A DNA stretch of 63,234 bases, counting the filler, from Octopus bimaculoides (taxonomy: Eukaryota): the NCBI RefSeq assembly GCF_001194135.2. It is 4 parts of 3 records of this genome, joined end to end, with 100 filler letters (N's around TTAATTAATTAA, not from the genome) between each part and the next. Parts side by side here need not be neighbours in the genome. Positions count along the whole stretch, not along the records: positions 12,425 to 39,258 come from NC_068987.1; 3 more parts are not named here. The stretch is one strand, 5' to 3'. Below are positions 22,690 to 34,839 of this stretch, one piece after another. Under the pieces are notes generated by a model, which saw only the letters and a program-made list of their open reading frames with translations, did not search any database and was not told the origin of the DNA. Positions within the stretch are counted from its first letter, which is position 1. Each line of letters starts with the position of its first letter. The position numbers and the translations under genes were made by a program.

Positions 22690-22884
22690 TAATTAACACC
22701 TAAAGTCTGTTTTCAATGCTGGCATGGGTTGGACAGCTTGACAAGAACTGGAAATGCTAGGGGCTGCATCAGCTTCCATTGTCAGATTTGGGTTGATTTC
22801 TACAGATGGATGCCCTTCCTAACACCAAACCACTTTACAGAGTATATTGGGTGCTTTTTACATGGCACCAGCACCAGTGCTTTT

Positions 22885-22933
<49 letters not shown>

Positions 22934-23148
22934 TCATCATCATCATCATCATTTAACGTCCACCTTCCATGCTAGCATGGGTTGGACGATTTGACTGAGG
23001 ACTGGCGAACCAGATGGCTGCACCAGGCTCCAGTCTGATCTGGCAGAGTTTCTACAGCTGGATGCCCTTCCTAACGCCAACCACTCAGAGAGTGTAGTGG
23101 GTGCTTTTACGGGCTACCGGCACGAGAGCCAGTCTGGCGGTACTGAGG
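22690..23148 (-). mobile_element. Two family C SINE copies (older 22690-22885, younger 22931-23148)
   Basis: Both carry TTTCTACAG.TGGATGCCCTTCCTAAC; the second starts with (CAT)n. Confidence 0.85.
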
Positions 23149-23184
23149 ATGCATAAAAATGTTATTAAACAAATAATTGTAGTT

Positions 23185-23359
23185 ACAGTTGCTGGTGTGG
23201 CTGTGTAGTTAAGAAACTCAAATTGCAACCACATGTTTCCATGTTTAGTTCCACAGCATGGCACCTCAGACAAATGTCTTCTGCTATAGCCCTGGGCCAA
23301 TCAATGCCTTGTGAGTGAATTTGGTAGACAGAAACTAAAAGAAGCCCATCATGTATAAA

Positions 23360-23397
<38 letters not shown>

Positions 23398-23810
23398 TTT
23401 GTGTCTGTTTCTCTGCCACTGGACAACCAGTGTTGGTTTGCTTATATCCCTGTAGCTTGGCAGAAACGTTAGCGCGCCGGGTGAAATGCTTAGCGTTATT
23501 TCATCTGCCGTTATGTTCTGAGTTCAAATTCAGCCGAGGTCAACTTTGCCTTTCATCCTTTCGGGGTTGATAAATTAAGTACCAGTTACGCACTTGGGTT
23601 GATGTAATCGACTTAATCCCTTTGTCTGTCCTTGTTTGTTCCCTCTATGTTTAGCCCCTTGTGAGTAATAAAGAAATAAGAAACAGATAGAATAATTAAC
23701 AAACATTAAAAGAAATAAGTGCTGGAATTGAATTGTTCCACAAAATCCCTTTAACACGGTGCTCCAGTATGGCCACATTCTAATGATTGAAGCATGCAAA
23801 AGATAAACGA
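23185..23810 (+). mobile_element. SINE family A interrupted by a family B copy (~23457-23680)
   Basis: Family A head and body to ~23456, family B head GGCAGAAACGTTAGC...GAGTTCAAATTC, then the family A tail GGTGCTCCAGTATGGCCAC. Confidence 0.75.
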
Positions 23811-23839
23811 TGTAATTAAACAGCCAACTTGGCATCAAA

Positions 23840-23935
23840 CAACAATAACATCAACAACAACAATAATGATTATAGTTATAATGATAGTAATTACAATAGC
23901 CATGTTAATATAACATGGTTATGATAATAATGAGA

Positions 23936-23971
<36 letters not shown>

Positions 23972-24560
23972 CTGTCATAGCAATGACAATTACAATGATG
24001 ATAAAGAGGATATTTCTGTTGAAGAGGATGCAGGGGAGGGTAAAGGTCATCTCTGTCACAGGGATAAGAATGATGTTGCTGATGTTCATGGCAATGATGA
24101 AGACAATAAGAACAATGATGTTGATGATGATGATGATGATGACGACGACGACGACGACAACTACGACGACGACGACTATGATGAAGATGATGATGATGAT
24201 GATGATGACGTTGCTGACAATGATGACAATGATGATGATGAAAATACTTCAGTTGAGGAGGATGCCAACAAGGACAAAGATGATCTCTATGAACGTGATG
24301 AAAGTGATGCTGTTGAAGATGATGATGATGATGATGAAGAAGACAATAATAACAATGGTGGTGGTGATGATGATGATGATGAGAATACTTCTGTTGAGGA
24401 GGATGCGAAGAAGCATAAAGGTGATGTCTATGATGGCGATGAGAGTTATGATGTTGATGATGATGATGATCGTGATGATGATGATGATTGTGATGATGAT
24501 GATCATGATTGTGATGATGATGATGATCATCATCATCATTATCATCATCATGAACATGTC
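23840..24560. repeat. (AAC)/(GAT)/(GAC)/(CAT)n mosaic with three copies of an embedded ~75-bp unit
   Basis: Unit GA(G/A)(G/A)AT(A)(C/T)TTC(T/A)GTTGA(A/G)GAGGATGC at 24006, 24240 and 24381. Confidence 0.85.
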
Positions 24561-24744
24561 TGTATCATGGCTGCATAAATTCAAACCTAGCCAAAAATTA
24601 GGAATTTACAGCCGAGTACTCTTTGTAATATGAAGCATTGAACTGTGACAATTACAAATGTATCATTTAATGTTGTTTTACATCAAGATCTTCTCGGATA
24701 GCAAAGAGGTAGCAGAGAGGAGGGGTTTAATCAAATGTTACTGA

Positions 24745-24894
24745 CATAGGCACAAGCTTGGCTGTGCAGTAAGAAGCTTGCTTCCCAACTACATGGTTCT
24801 GGGTTCAGTCCCACTGCATGGTACCTTGGGCAAGCCTTGGGCCGACCAAAGACTTGTGAGTGGATTTGGTAGACGGAAAGTGAAAGAAGCCTGT

Positions 24895-24937
<43 letters not shown>

Positions 24938-25130
24938 CTGTCCCCACCATCACTTGATAACTGATGCTGGTGTGTTTATGTCCCCATAACTTAGTGGTTC
25001 AGCAAAGGAGACCGATAGAATAAGTACTAGGCTTACAAAGAATAAGTCCTGGGATCGAATTGTTCGACTAAAAGCAGTGCTCCAGCATGGCTGCAGTCCA
25101 ATGACTGAAACAAGTAAAAGAATAAAAGAA
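24745..25130 (+). mobile_element. SINE family A, full length
   Basis: Head, (TG)n-containing body and GAAACAAGTAAAAGAATAAAAGA tail. Confidence 0.9.
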
Positions 25131-25429
25131 TCTTAATACCATTCTTGACAATAGAAAACAAACAGTAGATTGACTTGCTAGAAAGAGAAGTGAAAGCTTT
25201 TTTTTAAATTTCACCCTTTGGTCTTTAACAGAAAGGAAGGTTTCATAGGGTAATCTCACCCTACATACACACCATTATCATCACCATCATTGTTTCAATG
25301 TTTTATAATTCCATCCTTGTACTGGTCAAACAGAGATTACTTAGGCAGATATTCTTTGACCAGATGTCCTTCCTTTCACCAACTCTCAAACATGGTTTCC
25401 AAGCCAGGTAATTTCCCCATGGCCAGATG

Positions 25430-25670
25430 TGTGGAGAGGTATGCCGCCAAATGCTGCTCAACAGAATGAATATCGGTGCCACAAAGACTGAGAATTTCAT
25501 ACTCTCAAGGAGGCCTGCATAGCTCCTACATGTGAATGGAGTTCCACTGAAGCAGATGGAGAAGTTCAAATATCTTGAGGTTGTTTCCATGGGTGACAGA
25601 ATGCAGGAGGTTGAATAAAGCACAATTGCAGGAACTTTTGCAGTTATGTGCTGGTTTCAGCATTTGGTCA
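25430..25670 (+). mobile_element. RTE-clade (Rex3/Expander-like) RT remnant
   Basis: MNIGATKTENFILSRRPA*LLHVNGVPLKQMEKFKYLEV resembles M.IS.SKSE.MVLSR.....L.V.G..L.QVEKFKYLGV. Confidence 0.7.
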
Positions 25671-26253
25671 TTAGATTTGGTTTATGAATAATAAATTTAT
25701 ATTCAGTCAAATACTACTTATGAATCGTAAATCTATTGCAAGATAAATTTTAAATAGAAAATTAAAATTTCTGACTAGCTAAATTTTAATTATGAATTGT
25801 AAAATTCATGTTTAATCAAACGTTAATTATGAATTTAATTTTTAGTGGTTTTAGTGCTTTGTTGAATTTTAATTTATCATTATCATCATTGTTTTAATGT
25901 CTAGTTTTTGATACTTGCATGGGTCATATTTTCTCCATGAAGTTGTTCTTCCTACCATCAGCCCCCACCTGTTTCCAAGCAGGGGTTATATTTCTCCATG
26001 GCCAGACATGTTTTCACAAACGATTGAATGCAACGGACACTGCATGCATTACAATGACACTTATTTGCAATTATCACATGTTGTAAGACAAGAAGACAGA
26101 CTGACAGAAACACCGACACACAGACACACACACACACACACACACACACGGACATGCATGCACACACACGTACACACACACACACACATGCATGCATGCA
26201 CACACATACATGCATGCACATACATGCATGTGCACACATGCACACACATGCAT

Positions 26254-26311
<58 letters not shown>

Positions 26312-26531
26312 TAAATTTGAATTAAAAGCACTTCTTGATAATGTGAACATTATTAGTCATACAAACATAGTGTAAGTGTTTTGTTTATAAATCAACATGT
26401 TGCTGGGTAACTTCCTGGGAAAACCCTCAAAAATTTCAAACCAACAAAGACAAATTGCCCTGAAGGTGAACAAGGACAAGAAATATAAATACTTTGCTAC
26501 TGTTTTATTTCTTCAGTGTTATTTATTCTGT

Positions 26532-26742
26532 TCTACTCTAGGCACAAGACCCGAAATTTTGGGGGAGTGGGGGCCAGTCAATTAGATCGACTCCAGTATG
26601 CAACTGGTACTTAATTTATTGATCCCGAAAGGATGAAAGGCAAAGGTGACCTCGGCAGAATTTGAACTCAGAACGTAAAGACAGACGAAATACCGCTAAG
26701 CATTTCACCCGGCGTGCTAACGTTTCTGCCAGCTCGCTGCCT
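26532..26742 (-). mobile_element. SINE family B
   Basis: GAATTTGAACTCAGAACGTAAAGACAGACGAAATACCGCTAAGCATTTCACCCGGCGTGCTAACGTTTCTGCCAGCTCGC. Confidence 0.9.
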
Positions 26743-27366
26743 TTTGGTGTTATACATTCAACTTACCTTGAAGTGAATTGAATCACTTGTTAAAGACATA
26801 TACCCAAATAGGATAAAGTCTATTTGTTGATGTGCTGTGGTATAGTACAAGTGAAACAAATTAAATTTTGAAGACACTTGCCCAATGTGCCATGCTGTGG
26901 GATTGAACCCCAATCCATGTGGTTGGGAAGTAAACTTGAGAAGTTTATTTCCCAACCACATAGTCATATCTGCACTTTCATAAATTTGGAATTATAAATT
27001 AGAGCTTGGTAAATTTTAATTGGAGATTATAAATTGATGATTGGTCAAATGTTAATTATGAATTAGAAACTAGTAACTAGTTAAAGTATAATTATGAGGT
27101 ATAATTAGTGCTTCAAATTTTCTTTCCACTCTGTTGGCAAAAATGAGTAGTACCTGCATTTGAAAGGGCCAGATTTGTCATATTCTGTGTCACACTGAAT
27201 CTCCCGAAGAACTACATAAGTGTGTGTGTCTGTGGAGTGCTCAGCCACTTGTATGTTAAGAACAGGCTGTTCCATAGATCAGATCAACTGGAGCACTCAT
27301 CAAGAACATAATGCACCACCCAATCCAGGAATTGAACCTGACAATCATAAGTGCAACACCTTAACC

Positions 27367-27501
27367 CAGTGTTTCTCAACCATTTTACCCTTGGACAACC
27401 CTTAAAATAAATTACATGTCTCAAGGAACCCCTGCACAAAAAAAAAATTATATACTATATCTTTCTCATATTTTTTTCACCATAGTTCATGTGGTAAATA
27501 T

Positions 27502-27534
<33 letters not shown>

Positions 27535-27718
27535 ATGGTTATATTTTTTGATATAACAGGTTAGATGTCTATATTACTATATTACAATAACTAGTAATAT
27601 ATTGTGAATGTATAGTAATATTACAATCATGAAATTAGCATTAGCTTATATCACTCTTTCTAGTGGAATCCCTAGAAACCTTTTACAGAACCCTAGGGAT
27701 CTGGGAAAATCCAGTTCA
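27367..27718. mobile_element. hAT MITE, same family as 20463-21162, opposite orientation, one end eroded
   Basis: CAGTGTTTCTCAACCATTTTACCCTT terminus; internal (TA)n-TGGTT.TATTTTTTGAT and GAAACCTTTT..GAACCCTAG shared with the first copy. Confidence 0.75.
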
Positions 27719-27959
27719 CATTGTTCTCACACGCATATTAGCATCTTCATTTCAATGTCCACTTTTCCAGGCTTGCATGGATCAGGTGGAATTCTATTGA
27801 GGCAGATTTTCTACAGCAGAATTCTCTTTCAGTTACCAACCCTTACCTGTTTCCAAATATGGTAATATTTCTCCATGTTTTTATTTAAAATTGGAAATGA
27901 AGAACACTGCCATATGACAGTGACACTTGTTTACAGCCATCATATGACATGAAGGCTAT

Positions 27960-28320
27960 AAAACAGGTTTCTACCAATTTCGCTCAGTTGACTCAGGGCT
28001 ATAGTATAAAACAACCAACAATGTCCACACAGCGGGACTGAACCGAAAACTACACATTTCCAAAGTGAACTTCTTGACCACACAGCTATGCCTGCACCTA
28101 AAATAATTGGTTCCAAATTTTGACACAGGGACAGCAACATTTAAGGGTGAAGTAAATCAGTTACATCAACCCCAGTATCCAAATGGTATTCATTTTAACG
28201 ACCACAAAAAGATGAAAAGCAGAGTCAACCTCAACAGAATTTGAACTCAGAAAGTAAAGACAGACAGAATGTAACTAAGCATTTTGCCCAGCATGCTAAT
28301 GATTCTGCCAGCTCACCACC
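27960..28320 (-). mobile_element. Adjacent SINE A (27960-28095) and SINE B (28105-28320) copies
   Basis: Diagnostic GGGACTGAACC and GAATTTGAACTCAGAA segments. Confidence 0.75.
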
Positions 28321-28809
28321 TTATCTACACCTATAATCATCAATCATAAATTAATGTTTAAATTTTAATTGGTGCTTAGTCAAATTTTAGTCATGAATTA
28401 TAAATTGATTAGTCAAATTTTAATTATGAATAATAAATCTAACACTAGTCAAAATTTAATGATGACTTATTAAATTCTGCTGCTGTTGTAGCTTCAGGTC
28501 ACTCCTAATACAACATTTATATAATTAAAGACATTCTTGACATAACCATCCCATCTGTCGTATTCAGACAGTGGACTCCATTATCCGATGTGTCTTTTCT
28601 TTTCTAAGATAGTATAGTGCAATTTCAGGGAGATTGTCTGTCATTTCTAGCAAATCGAATTACCACATAGAAGCTGTATTATTGTTTCTTGTTGCTTGGA
28701 ATGGTGATCTAAGCTATTCTTGTCCAGGATTTTACAAACAGTTTTTTTTTTAAGGTGAGACAAATAGACAGAAAGTTTGATAGATGGACATAGATAAAAA
28801 AAATGGTTA

Positions 28810-29050
28810 AGTCACTGTCTCAAGTCATGCTGACTGATAAGGGCTAGTTTCCTGGTTTCATGGCATATAAGTTCTCAACCTGGATGGGACGCCAGTGCAT
28901 CACAGGGTTACTCACTTTTGCCAGACGAGTGGACTGGAGCAACATGAAATAAAGTGCTTTGCTCAAGGAAACAATGTGTTACCCAGTCCAGGAATTGAAA
29001 CCACAATCTCACGAACATGAGTCCAACACCCTAACCACTAAGGCACATGC
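28810..29050 (-). mobile_element. tRNA-derived SINE with Deu/Nin-like central domain
   Basis: Minus strand: GTGCCTTAGTGGTTAGGGTGTTGGAC...GGTTTCAATTCCTGG...TTCATGTTGCTCCAGTCCACTC; TTGCTCCAGTCCAC resembles the Deu/Nin domain. Confidence 0.65.
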
Positions 29051-29138
29051 TTCTACATGGATATAGATAGACAGAGAGGGAGAGAGCATGAGAGAGAGAG
29101 AGCATGAGAGAGAGAGAGCATGAGAGAGAGAAAGAGAC

Positions 29139-29179
<41 letters not shown>

Positions 29180-29439
29180 TAGATATGTTTCTTTATTAGC
29201 CACACAGGGCTCAACACAGAGGGGAGAAGGTACAAAGTAGAGCTTTTCTTTTTGAGAAGGAGAAGGAGAGAAAAAGGGGGGAGTAGGGAGGGTAGATTTT
29301 TTGATCGTATGACAGATAGATAGATAGATAGAGAAAGAGAAAGAATACAGTATAGCTAGCCCTCACACACAAGCAAGCATGGTTGGGAAATGTAATATGC
29401 TTTCACTAATTGCTTTAGGTGCTCATGTAGCCACAAGAA

Positions 29440-29655
29440 GACTTAGACCCCCTCTCACCTCAACCACCTTCAAACCAGCTACACCTCCAAGAGAAAGCTG
29501 CATCAGCGACTGATTGGTACCATTTACAGCTGAGTAGACTGGAGTAATGTGAAACAAAGTGTCTTTCTCAATGACAAAGCACACTACCTGGTCCAAGAAC
29601 CCATGACAGTATGAACACGAGCCAAACATCCAAACCACAAGGCCATGCTCCTTCA
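29440..29655 (-). mobile_element. Second Deu/Nin-like SINE
   Basis: Minus strand TTTCACATTACTCCAGTCTACTCAGCTGTAAATGGTACC. Confidence 0.65.
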
Positions 29656-29657
29656 TG

Positions 29658-29762
<105 letters not shown>

Positions 29763-30630
29763 GAGAGAGCAGAAAGAGAGAACAGAAAAATTACAGTTGG
29801 TAGCTTGAAATAGTTTGAAACCCCATTGATTTGGTGAGTCACGACTTCCCATAATTAAACTATATAAATATTGATATAACTTTCAGAAAATGGTAGTACC
29901 ATTACAAAATTTATGACATTGCCTCAAGGCACAAACGTTTTTATAATTATGGCAAGGTTTCAACAAATCAGTTGAATCTACCAATACATTTATACTGCCT
30001 GCCACCAGCCATTGCAAAACATCTATCTACGTTGATGTTACCAGTGACCAAAACATTGTTAACTACCAAATTTGATTTGCTACTAAGCGCTTAAACCATC
30101 TCAACGCAAGCCAACATATGAGAGTAAATTACTAACTCCAATCACTCCAACACATTTAAAGACCCTTCTTCAATCACTACAATACATTTACATGCCCACC
30201 ATAAAGTGTACCAAAACATTTATCGACCCACATCTGGCTAACGCAACACACTTAAACTACCAACTTCAAACCAATACAACATGTTTAAACTATTCACTTA
30301 TAGCCTTCACATTATATTCACCTACCCACAACCAGCTACTCCGATACATTTACCTATCCAACTCCATCCTGCACAATGCATCTTGGATTTCCCTACCCAT
30401 TTTAAGGCACCATTGCACATTTACTAACTCATCAATAGTTACCACAACATATTAGCCAACCCATCGAAAGCCACCTTGATACATTTAACCATCCAATACC
30501 AACAGTATATTTACCTGTCCACCTTAAGTTACCTAATCTGTTTACTTATCAATCAGTAGCCACCAAAACATTTTTACTCACCCTCTTCAAGATGCCAAAA
30601 CTATTTATTAATCAATTATTATCCACCACA

Positions 30631-30949
30631 TGAAAGCACTTGGTATCAACACCAATTCCTGGGAGGATCTCACAGCCGACCGAACCAGCTGGAGAGGCAC
30701 TCTTCACAAACAACTGCAGACCGGCGAAGGGAATTTGAGGGTGGCAGCAGCTGAAAACCGAGCCCGCAGAAAAAAAAATGACAGCTAACAAACCGGATTT
30801 AACGTATAGGTGTGACCTCTGCAAATGAGACTGCCACTCTCGCATCGGTCTCTAGAGCCACAGGAGGCGTTGCAAAAACTGAATAGACAACACAACGAAC
30901 GGATGACATCATCCATGGTCAGCCATGACCGACGGAGGCCTGTGATGAG
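30631..30949 (+). mobile_element. 5'-truncated RTE-BovB-like LINE 3' end with 8-bp TSD
   Basis: MKALGINTNSWEDLTADRTSWR...YRCDLCK*DCHSRIGL*SHRRRC (RTE C-terminal CCHC-type motif), short TGATGA tail, TSD CCACCACA at 30623-30630 and 30950-30957. Confidence 0.85.
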
Positions 30950-32338
30950 CCACCACAACACCTCAAAACTACCCACATATTGGCACTATAGCACATTTAC
31001 CTACCTGTCTTTCACCACAGCAATGCAATTATCCAACTCCAGTCAATGCAACATTTCACTTACCTTTAATCACCACAACTTGTTGCAAATGTTCCACCCA
31101 CTTTTAACCCTCACAACATGTCAAAACTACCAAACTACCCACTTCTAGGACCCACAACATATTTTACCTACCCACAGCAGTAAATCTAATCACACAACCC
31201 CCAACCACGACAACATTTCAGTTACTCACCTCTAATCATCTCAACATAGTTACTTATCTACCTCTAATTTTCCTCCTACATCTANNNNNNNNNNNNNNNN
31301 NNNNNNNNNNNNNNNNNNNNNNNNNNNNNNNNNNNNNNNNNNNNNNNNNNNNNNNNNNNNNNNNNNNNNNNNNNNNNNNNNNNNNNNNNNNNNNNNNNNN
31401 NNNNNNNNNNNNNNNNNNNNNNNNNNNNNNNNNNNNNNNNNNNNNNNNNNNNNCCACCACCGCCACCACCACACATTCACCTACTCATCTCAGACCTCTA
31501 CAACACTTAAACTAAGCAAGTCACTTTATACAACATACAATTTTATTTTGTGATGAACAGATAATTAGTCACAAAAGTTTGCACGTAAAACAGGTATTTA
31601 TTTTCAAATTATAGTTATTGCTTTCCAAACTACAACAAGATTATTATATCTGGAAGCAAATCTTAAATTTGGAATTTATTCTATAAAACTGCCAGTATCA
31701 CATATATAAATTGCCAGAATCACACATAAACTACAAATTCTATATATTATAAATTACTGAGTAATATATATTGTATAGACTAGAGCTATCTTCTAAACTG
31801 AAAACTGTCAACAGTTCAAGACATTTGGGATTATCTCACCATCTCCACCTCTTCATAACTCAGTGGAAGGTATAGCAAAATGACTAGTGTTGATTGCATA
31901 TATGCATACATGTGCATATATAGCTGCACAGAGAATCATGTGGTTGTCTGAATGGTGATTGCGAGGTAAAGAGTATAAAACAATAGATGACAGTTTGAGA
32001 TCAATAGAAATTCATTTGAAATAAAGAAAGGTAGATTCAGAATTTCAGATTGAGATTTATTCAGTTATTAATGGAATGCAACCAGATTCAAAGGTTGTTA
32101 CAGTCATTTATAAATTGTCACAATTTTATGTAAACTATCAGTATTGTATAAATATTTACAATATTGAAAGTAAGCTTTGACTATTTTACATAAATGCATA
32201 ATTAAAACAAAAATGAACTGAGTAAAACAACACATAGTAGCCAGTGGCAGGTGTATCAGCAACTTAGAGAAATACAGGTAGATCAAATACCATACAACAT
32301 AAATTCTTGGTTTATTAAAATTATCCTTGCCTCTAGAG

Positions 32339-32635
32339 CAGGGGTTTTCAAACTGTGGTCCACGGATCGCAGGGTGTCCGCAAGGACAAGACAGGGGGTC
32401 CGTAGACAGCAAATACTTTTTATGGGCAATTTGATTCTATATATGTTTTTTAATCAAAATCTTTTAATTGACAATAAACCTATTCGTTAAATACTGTTAA
32501 ATAAATAAATGTAAAAATATATGTTATTTTAAGCAAATATTTATGTGTAAATTTCGTAAGAGTTTATAAGGGGGTCCCTAAGGTAAAGCCTGAAATATAA
32601 AGGGGTCCGCAAGTCAAAAAGTTTGAAAACCCCTG
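32339..32635. mobile_element. hAT (Charlie-like) MITE, 297 bp
   Basis: Perfect 16-bp TIR CAGGGGTTTTCAAACT / AGTTTGAAAACCCCTG and perfect 8-bp TSD CTCTAGAG. Confidence 0.95.
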
Positions 32636-33099
32636 CTCTAGAGGATGTGTCGTGTTACCAAATAGCAATTGAGAACAGCTCCGTAAGAGAAGGGGAGATA
32701 ACCTCCAGAATCAGCAGTTCTCTAAAGTCGGCATGCCATTAAAGAACAGAACAGGCTTATTGTCTGGAGATAAGAAGACAGTCATGGATATGTGCCCATG
32801 GCTGTCCTCACATTTTAGAAGAATATGTAAATTTAAACATGAAACAATAGAAGAATGTATTATTTTCTGTCCTTCATGGTACCTGAAAATGTTTTGCTTT
32901 ATAAAATGTGAGCTTCTAAATGATGAATTTTAACAATAACATCATGCCAATATATACTGTCTAATATATTTTTTGCAAATTATAATTGTCTTTCACTACA
33001 AGTGCAACAAGAGTAAAGAACCTACATGCATGCATTATCTCTGCCATGTAGAACCAAGGATTGATCTTCAGTGAAAGTACTATAAAGTCTATCAAATGG

Positions 33100-33520
33100 T
33101 ATGGATCCCGAAGAGTGTGGACTGCCAGCTCCAATAATAATCATTGTTGCAAGTCTGAGATGAGAGATTCTTCAGGCAACTAACTATGACAGTCAACAAC
33201 AGGAATGGTATGTCAACCAAAAGGAATCATTCTTGACTCCAGCTAAAATAAAAGTTTAGATAATGACCAAAGAATTAGTGATGGTAGAAGTGATTTTCAA
33301 CCCACTGATCCTTTTCTTGCTCTCAGATATGTTATTTCGGAAGAACTCTATGTTACTCTTATGATCACCTCTATAATGCAATTTTACATGTTTGACCAAG
33401 AAAACAGCATTTCTTCAGAGCATCGAACCATGGAATATGAAATGTTATCGACTCTTGCTGAATAAAATACATTTCTGTTATCTACATGTTGCATACCAAT
33501 TTAGAATCACAAGAAAAATG
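33100..33520 (+). mobile_element. Highly decayed RTE-like LINE remnant
   Basis: SLDNDQRISDGRSDF and LTKKTAFLQSIEPWNMKCYRLLL resemble post-RT RTE segments (RI.KA..AF; MKCYRRLL). Confidence 0.45.
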
Positions 33521-33969
33521 TCTGTTTTATGGTCTATTTTTAACTATTTTGTTTCACTTTTTCCCCAGACCTGTCTGGTCAAGATGGCATTTTTACTGCA
33601 ACAAATATTAACTATTTTTTACCACTCAGTCACTAAGGAGAAAAAGATCGTGCTTCATTTATGTTGTCTGTAAATTGAAGCAAAGTAGATGGTCCAAATA
33701 CAATCATGTGACCTATTCAAAGGCACGACACAATGAGTGAAGTTAAATTTAAACTTACAAGCATTCACACTGCACCTTAAACTCATAGTGGTTTATGTAA
33801 TTTGTTTGTTTAATTCTTTTCATTTGAAGTTTGTTTTTCCACTCTGGCATGACTTAAGTAGGAGTAAATTTGAGACTGGTTTTTGAGAGGAGGATGCATC
33901 TCCTTTTGCCAATCCTTGTTTTTCAAGTGTAGGATTTTTTATCAAGAAGAATTTGAAAGCATAAAATAA

Positions 33970-34001
<32 letters not shown>

Positions 34002-34466
34002 NNNNNNNNNNNNNNNNNNNNNNNNNNNNNNNNNNNNNNNNNNNNNNNNNNNNNNNNNNNNNNNNNNNNNNNNNNNNNNNNNNNNNNNNNNNNNNNNNNN
34101 NNNNNNNNNNNNNNNNNNNNNNNNNNNNNNNNNNNNNNNNNNNNNNNNNNNNNNNNNNNNNNNNNNNNNNNNNNNNNNNNNNNNNNNNNNNNNNNNNNNN
34201 NNNNNNNNNNNNNNNNNNNNNNNNNNNNNNNNNNNNNNNNNNNNNNNNNNNNNNNNNNNNNNNNNNNNNNNNNNNNNNNNNNNNNNNNNNNNNNNNNNNN
34301 NNNNNNNNNNNNNNNNNNNNNNNNNNNNNNNNNNNNNNNNNNNNNNNNNNNNNNNNNNNNNNNNNNNNNNNNNNNNNNNNNNNNNNNNNNNNNNNNNNNN
34401 NNNNNNNNNNNNNNNNNNNNNNNNNNNNNNNNNNNNNNNNNNNNNNNNNNNNNNNNNNNNNNNNNN

Positions 34467-34526
<60 letters not shown>

Positions 34527-34839
34527 GAGAAGTAATGGTTATCGCCACATAAACATGGCTGTTCCGTAAGAACTAATGTTACTACCATTTTAACCTCAGG
34601 AGGATGACTCCTTCGGCTTGTTATTTGATGGCAATATATATCAGGTGCAGATTGCATCGAATAACCAGCATTATGTCCACTACAGCTGTTTCAGACACAT
34701 TTTGTGTGTATGAGTGTGGTGTATGTGTGCATGTTCATGCATGTCTGGGTGGATGTTTACAAAACTATTTTGAGTTAAGAATACAGATAGTAACATTATT
34801 ATTTGTTGTTGGGCTACTTCTAGTGAAGTTTAGTGTCAG

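Noticed and set aside
33250-33466. 72-codon plus-strand open frame with an internal acceptor-like site
   Set aside because: Better explained as a decayed RTE-like LINE segment; no donor site.
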